From: a virus
Virus record (IMG/VR): IMGVR_UViG_3300027782_003601
Span: 96,001 to 160,000 of that record
Direction: 5' to 3' (one strand)
Length of the DNA stretch: 64,000 bases
The first letter of the stretch is position 1; each line of letters begins with the position of its first letter. Below the pieces are notes generated by a model that saw only the letters and a program-made list of their open reading frames with translations, made no database searches and had not been told where the DNA came from. This document shows, piece by piece, positions 18,389 to 28,030 of the stretch. A program made the position numbers and the translations under genes.

Positions 18389-18948
18389 TGAAATTACACC
18401 AATTAAAAGAGCTTGTTAAGCAAGTTGTAAGAGAAGAGGAAGATTACCAACAACTGTTTAAACATATGTTGGATAAATCGGGTAAATCAATTCCATCTAT
18501 GTCCGATGATGAAAAAAAGAAATTCTTTAATGCAGTAGATACGGCATACAAAGCAAAATCGGAAGGTAGATTGCGAGGATATAACGAAGAACAACTTAAT
18601 GAAAAAAGTTTTAAAGCAAGTATTGGTAGACGTATTGTAGATGTGGGTGGTCAAAGTAAAGAACAATTTATTAAATATATGAAACATCGTGGATTAATTC
18701 AAGTTTTTAAAACAAAAGATTTGAAAAATTCAGATTATTTTTATGTATATGAATCTGCAAACGAAGGAACAAACGAAGAAGAAATTAAATGGAATGCAGT
18801 TGAAAACGCAATCATTAACTTTCTAAAAATGAATACAAAGATTTTAGATAAAAGAGTTAAAGATAGAGATACTGATGGTGTTAAAGGTGGTTTACAATCA
18901 ATAATTGATGGATTAACTAACGCACAACGTAGTTTAAAATTAAAGTAA
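18388..18948 (+). CDS. Head-cluster hypothetical protein
   Basis: N-terminal LKELVKQVVREE motif; coupled to neighbours by TAATG overlaps. Confidence 0.7.
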   Translation: MKLHQLKELVKQVVREEEDYQQLFKHMLDKSGKSIPSMSDDEKKKFFNAVDTAYKAKSEGRLRGYNEEQLNEKSFKASIGRRIVDVGGQSKEQFIKYMKHRGLIQVFKTKDLKNSDYFYVYESANEGTNEEEIKWNAVENAIINFLKMNTKILDKRVKDRDTDGVKGGLQSIIDGLTNAQRSLKLK

Positions 18949-19538
18949 TGAGCAAGGGATTATTGATAGAGACGCATTTGTTTGAAGCAAAAATACAAGA
19001 AGAATCTAACGGTACTTTACTTGTTAAAGGTGTTTTGCAAAGAGCAGGTGCTGAAAATCAAAATGGTAGAAGATACCCTAAAGAAATTCTTGAAAGAGAA
19101 TGTAAAAAATATCAACAACTTATTAACGAAAGAAGAGCATTGGGTGAATTAGACCATCCAGATTCTCCCGTTATTAACTTAAAGAATGTATCACATAACA
19201 TTAGAGAAATTTATTGGGAAGGTGATGATGTATGCGGAGTAGTAGAAATCCTTTCAACACCATCTGGTAACATTTTAAAAGAATTATTAAAAAACAACAT
19301 CCGTTTAGGTATTTCATCAAGAGGATTAGGTTCGGTAAAAGAATTAAAAGATGGAACTGTAATGGTAGCAGAAGATTTTGAATTAGTAGGTTGGGATTTT
19401 GTTTCAAACCCATCTACACATGGAGCATTTATGGCACCTGTAAACGAATCCAAACAATGGAAGAAGATTGCAGATGAGTGTGGTAAATGGTGTAAAGTAC
19501 AAGATTTAATGAGGGAAATTCTAATAGAATTAAATTAA
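18948..19538 (+). CDS. gp21: Prohead core protease (T4 gp21-like)
   Basis: NQNGRRYP, ALGELDHP, VSH, GISSRGLGS, DFVSNPS. Confidence 0.95.
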   Translation: MSKGLLIETHLFEAKIQEESNGTLLVKGVLQRAGAENQNGRRYPKEILERECKKYQQLINERRALGELDHPDSPVINLKNVSHNIREIYWEGDDVCGVVEILSTPSGNILKELLKNNIRLGISSRGLGSVKELKDGTVMVAEDFELVGWDFVSNPSTHGAFMAPVNESKQWKKIADECGKWCKVQDLMREILIELN

Positions 19539-19557
19539 TAAAAAAAACAATACAAAT

Positions 19558-19872
19558 ATGAAAGTAGTAGATTTGTCACCTGGAAAAAAAATAAATACTC
19601 AACAATTAAAAGAACTTATTAAACAAGTTATTAGAGAAGAAAATTATCATAAAAAATTAGCTAAAGAATCATTAGAAGATTTGGATACAACATTGCCAGT
19701 TGGTGTTGAAAGATATTTAGATAAGATGGTATCTCAAATTAAAGGAATGAATCTTAATCGTAAAAAAGAGATTCTTGTATTAGCAAAAGTAATTGATGCT
19801 ATGGGAATGGATAAGCAAGAATTAATGAGATACATCCAACAAATTAAGAAAAAAGATATTTTAGGAAAATAA
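19558..19872 (+). CDS. Head-cluster hypothetical protein
   Basis: LKELIKQVIREE motif shared with 18388-18948. Confidence 0.7.
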   Translation: MKVVDLSPGKKINTQQLKELIKQVIREENYHKKLAKESLEDLDTTLPVGVERYLDKMVSQIKGMNLNRKKEILVLAKVIDAMGMDKQELMRYIQQIKKKDILGK

Positions 19873-19876
19873 TACT

Positions 19877-20512
19877 ATGATACGTTTAAAAGATTTACTT
19901 AAAGAATCAGAAGAGCTACAACAACTCCCAACTGAATTAAAAAGACACTTCTTAGAAATCATTTCAACTTATGGTCAACATAGAGAAGGAATGACTAGAA
20001 AATCTGATATCAGACAAGTTGCAGAAACTTTAGGTGGTATTGCAGATGCAGCACAAGAATATACTTTGAGAGAAGGTGGTGATTGGTTTGATAGAGTTAC
20101 TATTAAACGTAATATGAGTGAGTTAAAAAAATTACAATCTGCATTTGAAAAAGAATCACTAGAAGCAAAAGCACAGGAACAAAGATTGGAAGCTCTATAT
20201 GAAGATATGGGGAATGTGTTAGGAAGATATTTTGAGATAGCTAATGTTTCAGAAAAAGTTATGAAAGAAAGATTGGGTAGAACTTCAATTCAAGAAGCTA
20301 AAAAATACGATATAGGTTCTGGATGGATGGGAAATGGTTTAACTATTTGGAATAGAGCTGAAGAACAATATGGTGATTATAAAATAATTGCTCATATTGG
20401 TAAAGATGGTACTTTAAGTATAAGAGATAAAAAATTACCAAATGATATCAAGCAAATGTTCCAAACTTGGGCAGATACTATGAAAAAGGGTGATAGACCA
20501 GCAACATACTAA
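19877..20512 (+). CDS. Head-cluster hypothetical protein
   Basis: N-terminal MIRLKDLLKE; second module after SIQE. Confidence 0.7.
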   Translation: MIRLKDLLKESEELQQLPTELKRHFLEIISTYGQHREGMTRKSDIRQVAETLGGIADAAQEYTLREGGDWFDRVTIKRNMSELKKLQSAFEKESLEAKAQEQRLEALYEDMGNVLGRYFEIANVSEKVMKERLGRTSIQEAKKYDIGSGWMGNGLTIWNRAEEQYGDYKIIAHIGKDGTLSIRDKKLPNDIKQMFQTWADTMKKGDRPATY

Positions 20513-20516
20513 TTAA

Positions 20517-20888
20517 ATGGAAGAGTTAGCATCATTATTATTACAAAGTAGAACTCAAGCTCATTCTTTCCATTGGGGAGTTAAAGGTATAGGTTCACAT
20601 TCTGCACATTTAGCATTGGGTAATTACTACGATTCAATCGGTGAGTTGGTAGATGGATTAGTTGAAGCATATCAAGGTAAAGAAGGTTTGATTCAAATTT
20701 CAGGAATTGGAACATTAGATAAAAATAATGATATTAAAAATATTATTAATTACTTTGAAACTCTTTGTAATTTAATTGCAAAATTAAGAAAAAATCCTAA
20801 ATTGCAAGATTCTTGGATACAAAATGATATTGATACAATTGTATCTTTACTATATTCTACTAAATATAAATTGGTTAATCACCAATAA
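20517..20888 (+). CDS. Ferritin/Dps-like four-helix protein
   Basis: QAHSFHW...HLALGNYYD...DGLVEAYQG...YKL, the Dps-type HW/H/D/E pattern. Confidence 0.7.
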   Translation: MEELASLLLQSRTQAHSFHWGVKGIGSHSAHLALGNYYDSIGELVDGLVEAYQGKEGLIQISGIGTLDKNNDIKNIINYFETLCNLIAKLRKNPKLQDSWIQNDIDTIVSLLYSTKYKLVNHQ

Positions 20889-20917
20889 AATTTAGTAATA
20901 TACAAAAAAATACTGAT

Positions 20918-20945
20918 AATTCCAAAGAAATTTGGAATTTTTCTT
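20918..20945 (+). terminator. Intrinsic terminator
   Basis: AATTCCAAA-GAAA-TTTGGAATT followed by a T-rich tract. Confidence 0.6.
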
Positions 20946-21112
20946 TAGTTTTCTAAAAAGTTATATACTTATTATTAAATATCCCATTCATTATGGGATT
21001 ACTTTTTATAGTTGATTAATGAATACCCTTCTTTATAAGGCGTGACCGAACAATCAACAGAATATCATTGGAGTTGTAATCAATAACTTCACAAGTAAAT
21101 CATAAAAAATAA

Positions 21113-22444
21113 ATGGCAAACTCAAAATTGTTAAAAGAAGCAATCGCCGATGCTAAAGCCGTAAAGGAAACCGCATTAGCAAACGCAAAATTAGCTCTTG
21201 AAGAAGCATTCACTCCAAGATTACAATCTATCTTATCTCAAAAGATGAGAGCAGAAGCAGAAGAAATGGAAAATGATGACCAAGAAGAAGCTATGTATGA
21301 AGAATTGGATTCGTCAAACATTGGTTCAAAAGTAGGAACTGATGCGGCGGCAAATCCTGGAGCTCAACCAACATTAGATGCAGATACTGATTTATCAGTA
21401 GGTGTAGCTAAAGATAGTGGAAAACCAGAGCAAGCAGGAACTGACTACAGTAAAGTAGCAGACATCAACGAAGAAGATGATATGGGATATGGAGATGATG
21501 AAAAAGACCAAGAAATTGCTGAATTGAAAGCTAGATTAGCTGAATTAGAAGATGGCGGCGATGATTGGGCAGATGGTTTTTCTCCAGAAAACGAAGAAGA
21601 AGACCCTTTTGCATCAATGAAAGGGGATGATAATTCTTATGGAATGGAAGATGAGGAAGATGACCATATGGAACCAGATATGGATAATATGGGTGGTGAA
21701 AGTGATAATGATGAAGATAATATGGATTTAGAATCTATTATCAGAGAATTAGAAGCACAATTAGGTGATGATGGAGAAGATGATGAAGAAATGCCAAAAG
21801 AAGACCCTAATGCAGATAAAATTGCTGAATTAAAAAGACAATTGGCTGAATTAGAAGATGGTGGAGAAGATTGGTCAGATTCCGATGAACCAAAAACAGA
21901 ATCTAAAAAATTAAGAGAATCACGTAGAAGATTAAGAGAAGATTATACCGATGGAGCTGAAGTTGGTACTGATGAAGACGGTGAAAAAGTAATTGACTTA
22001 GAAGAAATTCTTCGTGAAATGGAAGATGATATGAAAGGTGGTTCGGAAGAAGATGATTCAGAAGAATTAAAATCAGATTTAGAAGAAGCATACAAGACTA
22101 TCAAATCATTACAATCAACTATTAATGAAGTTAATTTGTTAAATGCAAAATTATTATTCGCTAACAAATTGTTCAGAGCTCATAATATGACTAACGAACA
22201 AAAAGTTAAAGTAATTGAAACTTTGGATAGAACAAAATCAGTAAGAGAAGTTAAATTGGTTTACTCTACATTGGCAGAGAATTTCAAATACACTTCATCA
22301 AACAAAATTGTTAAGAAATCAATCGCAGAAGGAATTGCAAGTAAAGTAACTAAATCTACTAAGCCAGCAGCTCAAAAACAAGTAATTTCGGAATCTGTTG
22401 CAATTTCTAACAGATTTAAAAAATTAGCAGGTATTATTAAATAA
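21113..22444 (+). CDS. Prohead scaffolding/core protein (gp22-like position)
   Basis: Very acidic coiled-coil protein immediately upstream of the capsid gene; internal repeat IAELKxxLAELEDGGxDW twice; C-terminal RFKKLAGI. Confidence 0.75.
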   Translation: MANSKLLKEAIADAKAVKETALANAKLALEEAFTPRLQSILSQKMRAEAEEMENDDQEEAMYEELDSSNIGSKVGTDAAANPGAQPTLDADTDLSVGVAKDSGKPEQAGTDYSKVADINEEDDMGYGDDEKDQEIAELKARLAELEDGGDDWADGFSPENEEEDPFASMKGDDNSYGMEDEEDDHMEPDMDNMGGESDNDEDNMDLESIIRELEAQLGDDGEDDEEMPKEDPNADKIAELKRQLAELEDGGEDWSDSDEPKTESKKLRESRRRLREDYTDGAEVGTDEDGEKVIDLEEILREMEDDMKGGSEEDDSEELKSDLEEAYKTIKSLQSTINEVNLLNAKLLFANKLFRAHNMTNEQKVKVIETLDRTKSVREVKLVYSTLAENFKYTSSNKIVKKSIAEGIASKVTKSTKPAAQKQVISESVAISNRFKKLAGIIK

Positions 22445-22467
22445 CGAAAAAACAATTTAATTTAAAA

Positions 22468-24129
22468 ATGAACTTAAAAAAATTAATGACAGGTGCTAAC
22501 CCACAAAGCATTATGCTTGAGCAAACTAGAGGTTTGAAAGGCAAGTGGGAAAAAACAGGATTACTTGAAGGAGTAGGTTCTGAAACAACTAAGCATGGTA
22601 TGGCAGTGATGTTAGAGAACCAAGCTAAGCAATTATTGGACGAGGCAACTCGTACAGGTACTTCAGCAGGTTCTGAAGAATGGGCAGGTGTTGCTCTTCC
22701 ATTAGTAAGACGTATTTTCGGTTCTATCGCAGCAAAAGAATTTGTTTCGGTTCAACCAATGAACTTACCTTCAGGTCTTATTTTCTATATGGATTTCAAA
22801 TATGGTTCAACTGCAGGAAAAGATTCTAATAGACCAGCTTCTGGTTCTTCTTTATTTGGTGATGGTGGTACTTATGGTAAAGATTCTTTATCTCCAGCAG
22901 GTAACAAATTAGGTTCAACTCAAGCTACTACTGGTGGTTTGTATGGAGCAGGACGTTTTGGATACACAATCAATGATACTAAAGTTGCCGTTGCCGGTAA
23001 AACTATTGCAACTGCTTCATTGGCTGATATTTCTTTTGATTTAACTGATTCTACTATTTCTGGTGCATACGCAACAGGTCGTATTAAAAAAGTAACTGTA
23101 CCTTTTACTGATTTATCAGGTTCTAGAGGTTCTGCTGACCAAAACGCAGTTAGAGCATTTGATTTTATCAACTCTGGTTCTGGATTTACATTCTTACCAC
23201 AATATACTAAAGTTAATGGTGCTAACGTTGAATTCTTAGCTTATACTACTCTTAATACATCTACTGCATTTGGTGGAACTGTTGCAACTGTAGCAGGTGA
23301 GGTTGTTTATGTAGCTCAACCGGGTGCTGATAACAGAGGTGATTTTGAAGATAAAGGTTCTGATTTAGCTATTACAGAAATTGAATTAGAATTAAAATCT
23401 GAGCCAATTGTGGCTAAGACTCGTAAATTGAAAGCAATCTGGACTCCAGAATTAGCTCAAGATTTAAATGCATATCACTCAGTAGATGCTGAAGCTGAAT
23501 TAACTCAAATGTTATCTGAGTATATCTCATTAGAGATTGACTTAGAAATTTTAGAGATGTTGCAGCAAAACGCATTCACAACTGATTATTGGTCTGCAAA
23601 AGTTGGATACGATTTTAACTCAGCAACAAATACTTTCGCAATTGATTCTAACGCAGCTGCTGCAAGTGCTTACCAAAAGAGTAGTTGGTTCCAGACTTTG
23701 GGTATCAAATTACAAAAGGTATCTAATAAGATTCACCAATTAACAATGAGAGGTGGAGCAAATTTTGTCGTTTGTTCTCCTAACGTTGCAACTATTTTAG
23801 AATCAATGAATGGTTTCTCAGCAAATCCTGGTAAAGATGCTTTACAATTTGCAGCTGGTGTAACTAACATTGGTCAAATTTCTAATAGATACGATGTTTA
23901 TAAGAATCCTTATATGACAGAAAACGTTATCTTATTAGGTTTCAAAGGTTCTAACTTCTTTGAGACAGGTGCGGTTTACGCTCCATATGTTCCGTTGATT
24001 ATGACTCCATTAGTGTACGACCCAACTAACTTTACTCCACGTAGAGGTGTTATGACTCGTTACGCTAAGAAAATCGTAAGACCAGAATTTTACGGTAAAA
24101 TCATCGTTGATGGATTAGAGACTCTTTAA
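22468..24129 (+). CDS. gp23: Major capsid protein (T4 gp23-like)
   Basis: LENQ, LPLVRR, VSVQPMNLPSGLIFY, AKTRKLKAIWTPELAQDLNAYH, YAPYVPL, FTPRRGVMTRY. Confidence 0.96.
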   Translation: MNLKKLMTGANPQSIMLEQTRGLKGKWEKTGLLEGVGSETTKHGMAVMLENQAKQLLDEATRTGTSAGSEEWAGVALPLVRRIFGSIAAKEFVSVQPMNLPSGLIFYMDFKYGSTAGKDSNRPASGSSLFGDGGTYGKDSLSPAGNKLGSTQATTGGLYGAGRFGYTINDTKVAVAGKTIATASLADISFDLTDSTISGAYATGRIKKVTVPFTDLSGSRGSADQNAVRAFDFINSGSGFTFLPQYTKVNGANVEFLAYTTLNTSTAFGGTVATVAGEVVYVAQPGADNRGDFEDKGSDLAITEIELELKSEPIVAKTRKLKAIWTPELAQDLNAYHSVDAEAELTQMLSEYISLEIDLEILEMLQQNAFTTDYWSAKVGYDFNSATNTFAIDSNAAAASAYQKSSWFQTLGIKLQKVSNKIHQLTMRGGANFVVCSPNVATILESMNGFSANPGKDALQFAAGVTNIGQISNRYDVYKNPYMTENVILLGFKGSNFFETGAVYAPYVPLIMTPLVYDPTNFTPRRGVMTRYAKKIVRPEFYGKIIVDGLETL

Positions 24130-24153
24130 TCTCAATCAATTAAAGTAACCATT

Positions 24154-24186
24154 AAGGGAGGACAGAAATGTTCTCCCTTTTGTTTT
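24154..24186 (+). terminator. Intrinsic terminator after major capsid gene
   Basis: AAGGGAGGACA-GAAA-TGTTCTCCCTT followed by TTGTTTT. Confidence 0.85.
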
Positions 24187-24249
24187 ATAGGATATATCAG
24201 TTCTTTTTTATTTCTTATATTTATAGGTGTAAAACTATAAATTTTCATT

Positions 24250-25446
24250 ATGTCTGTAAACACATACTGGTCAGGTTCAGTATCTGGCTCATTTATATCG
24301 GGTTCATCTACTCCTTTTGGAATTTACGATTCGGATACTGGATTTAGAAATGATGCACCTAAAACTGCAACATGGGTAGCAAAGCGTTTAGGATATCCAA
24401 TTGTTAATATTGAATTGAATAATGACCAAATATTTGCTTGCTTTGAAGAATCTGTTTCAGAATATTCAGCACAAGTAAATCAATTTAATCTTCGTAATAA
24501 CCTTGATATTTTAAGAGGTCAACCAAAGGGTAAAATTGCAAATTATTCTCAAACTCTTGTAGATGGTTCATATTTGCCAACATCAATTCGTATGGCACAA
24601 CAATATGGAACATTATCAGGTGTAGGAGGTTCAACTGCAATCAAAAAAGCATATATAACATTAACATCATCAGTTCAAGTATATGATTTGATGACTCAAG
24701 CAACAGATAATGAAAGTAGTCGTTCTTTTGGGTTAATATTTAGTGGTTCATCAACTGTTGATGTTACAAAGGTATTTCACGAAGCAATTCCCGCAATTAC
24801 TCGTTTCTTTGACCCATATTCGGTAGGTGCACAAGGTACGTTGAATTTAATGAGTGAGTTAGGTTTTGGTAATTATTCACCTGCTGCACAATTCTTAATG
24901 ATGCCTTTATATGAGGATGTATTGAGAATGCAACATATTGAATTTAATGACCATATTCGTAAATCAGCATTTACATTTAATATTGTAGATAATAAATTAG
25001 AAATATTTCCCGTTCCAACTATAAATTCACCATCAAGAATATACTTTGAGTATATGAGTAGAGATGAATTTGAACATGATTCTCAAACTATTCAATCAGA
25101 ATCACTTTCTGATTATTCAGATATTCCGTATGATTTTATTCAATATTCAAATATAAATGATGTTGGAGTACAATGGATTAGAAAGTATACATTAGCACTC
25201 TCTAAGGAGTTGTTAGGAGCAATAAGAGAGAAGTATTCATCTATTCCTATACCTGATGCAGAAATCTCTTTAGATGGGGCAGCATTGAGAGCAGAAGCAC
25301 AAGTTGAAAAAGATTATCTAATCACTCAATTAAGAGAAAATTTAGAAGAGATGAGTAGAAAAAATGTGATGGAAAATAAAACACATGAATCTAATCATCA
25401 TCAAGAAATGTTAAGAAAAGTTCCATTAAAATTATATGTAGGATAA
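24250..25446 (+). CDS. Neck/adaptor protein (gp13-like)
   Basis: RLGYPIVNIEL, WIRKYTLALSKELLG..REKY...LDG; position after capsid gene. Confidence 0.75.
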   Translation: MSVNTYWSGSVSGSFISGSSTPFGIYDSDTGFRNDAPKTATWVAKRLGYPIVNIELNNDQIFACFEESVSEYSAQVNQFNLRNNLDILRGQPKGKIANYSQTLVDGSYLPTSIRMAQQYGTLSGVGGSTAIKKAYITLTSSVQVYDLMTQATDNESSRSFGLIFSGSSTVDVTKVFHEAIPAITRFFDPYSVGAQGTLNLMSELGFGNYSPAAQFLMMPLYEDVLRMQHIEFNDHIRKSAFTFNIVDNKLEIFPVPTINSPSRIYFEYMSRDEFEHDSQTIQSESLSDYSDIPYDFIQYSNINDVGVQWIRKYTLALSKELLGAIREKYSSIPIPDAEISLDGAALRAEAQVEKDYLITQLRENLEEMSRKNVMENKTHESNHHQEMLRKVPLKLYVG

Positions 25447-25447
25447 T

Positions 25448-25903
25448 ATGCCAAAGTTTTCATTAGGTAGAGATTTAGATTTTTTTCATAGTATTGCCAG
25501 AGAATTGGTAGATACTGTGATAGAAAATACATTTATATTATTTAAAGTAGATTTAAATGCTACAAAAGTAAATATTTACGGAGAAGCATTAGATAAAACT
25601 TGGCATCCAGGTGTTGAATTATATGGTTTAGTTGATAAAGAACCTGAAGGAGTTTTATATGAAGGATTTGGTCCAGATTTAGTACAAGCTATGACTTTTA
25701 AAGTTGATAAAGGATTGTGTGAAGAAAGAAACATATATCCCGAAATTGGTGATATTATACATTACGATGATTCCTATTATGAAATTGATAATACAAATGA
25801 AATTCAGTTTATAGCAGGTTCACCTGATAATAATTGGAGTATTGTAATTACGGCATTCCAAGTAAGCAAATCAACTCTAAATATAGAACAAAGAATAGAT
25901 TAA
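25448..25903 (+). CDS. Head closure / neck protein (gp14-like)
   Basis: NIYGE, EGFG, PEIGDII..YYEI; synteny. Confidence 0.65.
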   Translation: MPKFSLGRDLDFFHSIARELVDTVIENTFILFKVDLNATKVNIYGEALDKTWHPGVELYGLVDKEPEGVLYEGFGPDLVQAMTFKVDKGLCEERNIYPEIGDIIHYDDSYYEIDNTNEIQFIAGSPDNNWSIVITAFQVSKSTLNIEQRID

Positions 25904-25904
25904 T

Positions 25905-27017
25905 ATGTCTACTAACCCATTAAGAAAATCCGATAGGATTCTACAATCAAAATCTACAAAAGAAGATATAAAACAAAGTATATCTCTTTTTGATATAGAT
26001 TATGCAATGATGTCTTATTTAGAAGATACGGCATTGCCTACATTAGATAATAATGGTGTTGGATTAAAAATACCTGTAATTTATGGTAATTCGGAAAGAT
26101 GGAATGGTGCAAGAAGACAGGGTGTATTTAGAGATGATAAAGGTAAAATTCAATTACCTTTAATGATGATTCGTAGAACATCAATTGCAAAGGATGACCA
26201 AATGCCAATGCTAAATAGACATGTTTCATATTCCGGTATTACAAAATATTCAAAAGATAATAAATACGATAGATTTACATTATTGGGTAAAAATGTACAA
26301 CCTAAATATGAAATTTATAAAATACAAATGCCAGAATATGTTGAATTAAACTATGATTGTATGGTTTGGACTTCATATACAGAACATTTAAATGCAGTAA
26401 TAGAGCAATTACAATATACAGGAACTTATTGGGGAGATAAAGATAAATTTAAATTTAGAACAACTATTAGTGATTTTAATGTTGTAAATGAAGTTGGTGA
26501 GGGAACGGAAAGAATTAATAGAGTTGAATTTAGTTTATCAGTAAAAGCGTATTTACTTCCAGAAAAATTTGATGGTCAAAATACAACTAAAAAATCATTT
26601 TCTACAAAAAGAATTGTTGTTGCAACTGAAACCGATGTAACTGCAAATGGTAGATTAGAAGGGATGTTAACTACCCCATCTCCATATTATGATAATAAAG
26701 ATTTAATTGATTTTTTATCTATAAATAATAGTAAAACACAAAACCCAATTTCAAATAATACTATTACATTCACATCAATAAAAGCAATAAAAACACCATC
26801 GCAATTGACATCGGTTGTAACTTCAGGAATGACATATGGTTCAGATGTATATGATATAAAATTATACATAAATGGTGTTAGAGTATTACAATCAACTAAA
26901 TTTACAGTTGTAATAAGTGCTACATCCATTGTGGTAACATTTTTGCCAGCAGGAATTGGATACAACGTAACATCTACAGATGAAATTGCAATAACAGGTA
27001 AATTTATAGATGTATAA
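25905..27017 (+). CDS. Tail terminator / completion protein (gp15-like) with C-terminal extension
   Basis: IPVIYG..ERW, IQLPLM, PEYVELNY; synteny. Confidence 0.6.
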   Translation: MSTNPLRKSDRILQSKSTKEDIKQSISLFDIDYAMMSYLEDTALPTLDNNGVGLKIPVIYGNSERWNGARRQGVFRDDKGKIQLPLMMIRRTSIAKDDQMPMLNRHVSYSGITKYSKDNKYDRFTLLGKNVQPKYEIYKIQMPEYVELNYDCMVWTSYTEHLNAVIEQLQYTGTYWGDKDKFKFRTTISDFNVVNEVGEGTERINRVEFSLSVKAYLLPEKFDGQNTTKKSFSTKRIVVATETDVTANGRLEGMLTTPSPYYDNKDLIDFLSINNSKTQNPISNNTITFTSIKAIKTPSQLTSVVTSGMTYGSDVYDIKLYINGVRVLQSTKFTVVISATSIVVTFLPAGIGYNVTSTDEIAITGKFIDV

Positions 27018-27364
27018 TGAAACGAAATATTTTAGATATAACACAAACTATAAGTAGAAAACCTGGAAATGCAATATTAACACCTTATAATTTAAAGGAT
27101 TCTACTTATTGGATTTTTGAAGCAAAGGGTTGGAGATTTAAATCTATTTTAAGAGAAATAGAATTTAGAGAAACTCAAAATAGATTAAATATTCACATAA
27201 ATACTCAAAATATAAGTCCAAAAGATTATATTGCAGAAGATGGACCTACTGGATTATTAATAAAATTTATAAAAAATAATTTTGAAATGTATATTATTGA
27301 TGGGAACTCATTGGATGGTGGAGATTTTATAGAAATAAAAGGAGATATAGAAAAATATGCTTAA
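27017..27364 (+). CDS. Hypothetical virion protein
   Basis: Overlap-coupled ORF in the structural operon. Confidence 0.65.
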   Translation: MKRNILDITQTISRKPGNAILTPYNLKDSTYWIFEAKGWRFKSILREIEFRETQNRLNIHINTQNISPKDYIAEDGPTGLLIKFIKNNFEMYIIDGNSLDGGDFIEIKGDIEKYA

Positions 27365-28028
27365 TAAATTTTCATCAAATGCTAGAAAATTAAATAGAAT
27401 CATTCCAAAAGTTAATTTTAACAATTTGAATGATTCTTTATATATTACTGCTAGTCTTTTAAATGTAGAATTACCATCATCATCTTCGTATCAATCTAAT
27501 ACACGACAAAACCCATTTGGTCCAACTGTTATTAATACAAATAATATTAATGATAGTTTGTATACAACTGCTAGTTTACAAAATATAGAATTGCCATCAT
27601 CATCTTCATACCAATCGCATACTCGTTCTAATTCAAATCCAATAAAAGTTATAAACAACAAACAAACTATAGAAGATTTTCATAATGAAATATTTGAACA
27701 TAGTGTTAGATATGTTGAAAGAAAAGTTGATGAATTTAATAATGATTTAAATACATTAACAATGTATAATGTATTTTTAGATTATGGTACGGAAGGTGCT
27801 AATTCGGATAATTTTGAAATATTTGTGTTTGGATTGCAAATACCGGGAGATTATACAATTGTGGAAATAAATAATAATGTTGTAATAAGTTTAAATGATG
27901 AGTATATAGATTTTGATAATGTTACACTTGATGATATTTATGTTATAGGTAAAATAGTAGAAATTGGTTTGAATTCTGAAGATTATTTTGGTTTAACAAC
28001 TGAAAATGATGAAAATATAATATTGTAA
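27357..28028 (+). CDS. Hypothetical virion protein with internal duplication
   Basis: NDSLYxTASLxNxELPSSSSYQSxTR occurs twice; C-terminal LTTENDENIIL. Confidence 0.65.
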   Translation: MLNKFSSNARKLNRIIPKVNFNNLNDSLYITASLLNVELPSSSSYQSNTRQNPFGPTVINTNNINDSLYTTASLQNIELPSSSSYQSHTRSNSNPIKVINNKQTIEDFHNEIFEHSVRYVERKVDEFNNDLNTLTMYNVFLDYGTEGANSDNFEIFVFGLQIPGDYTIVEINNNVVISLNDEYIDFDNVTLDDIYVIGKIVEIGLNSEDYFGLTTENDENIIL

Positions 28029-28030
28029 AA

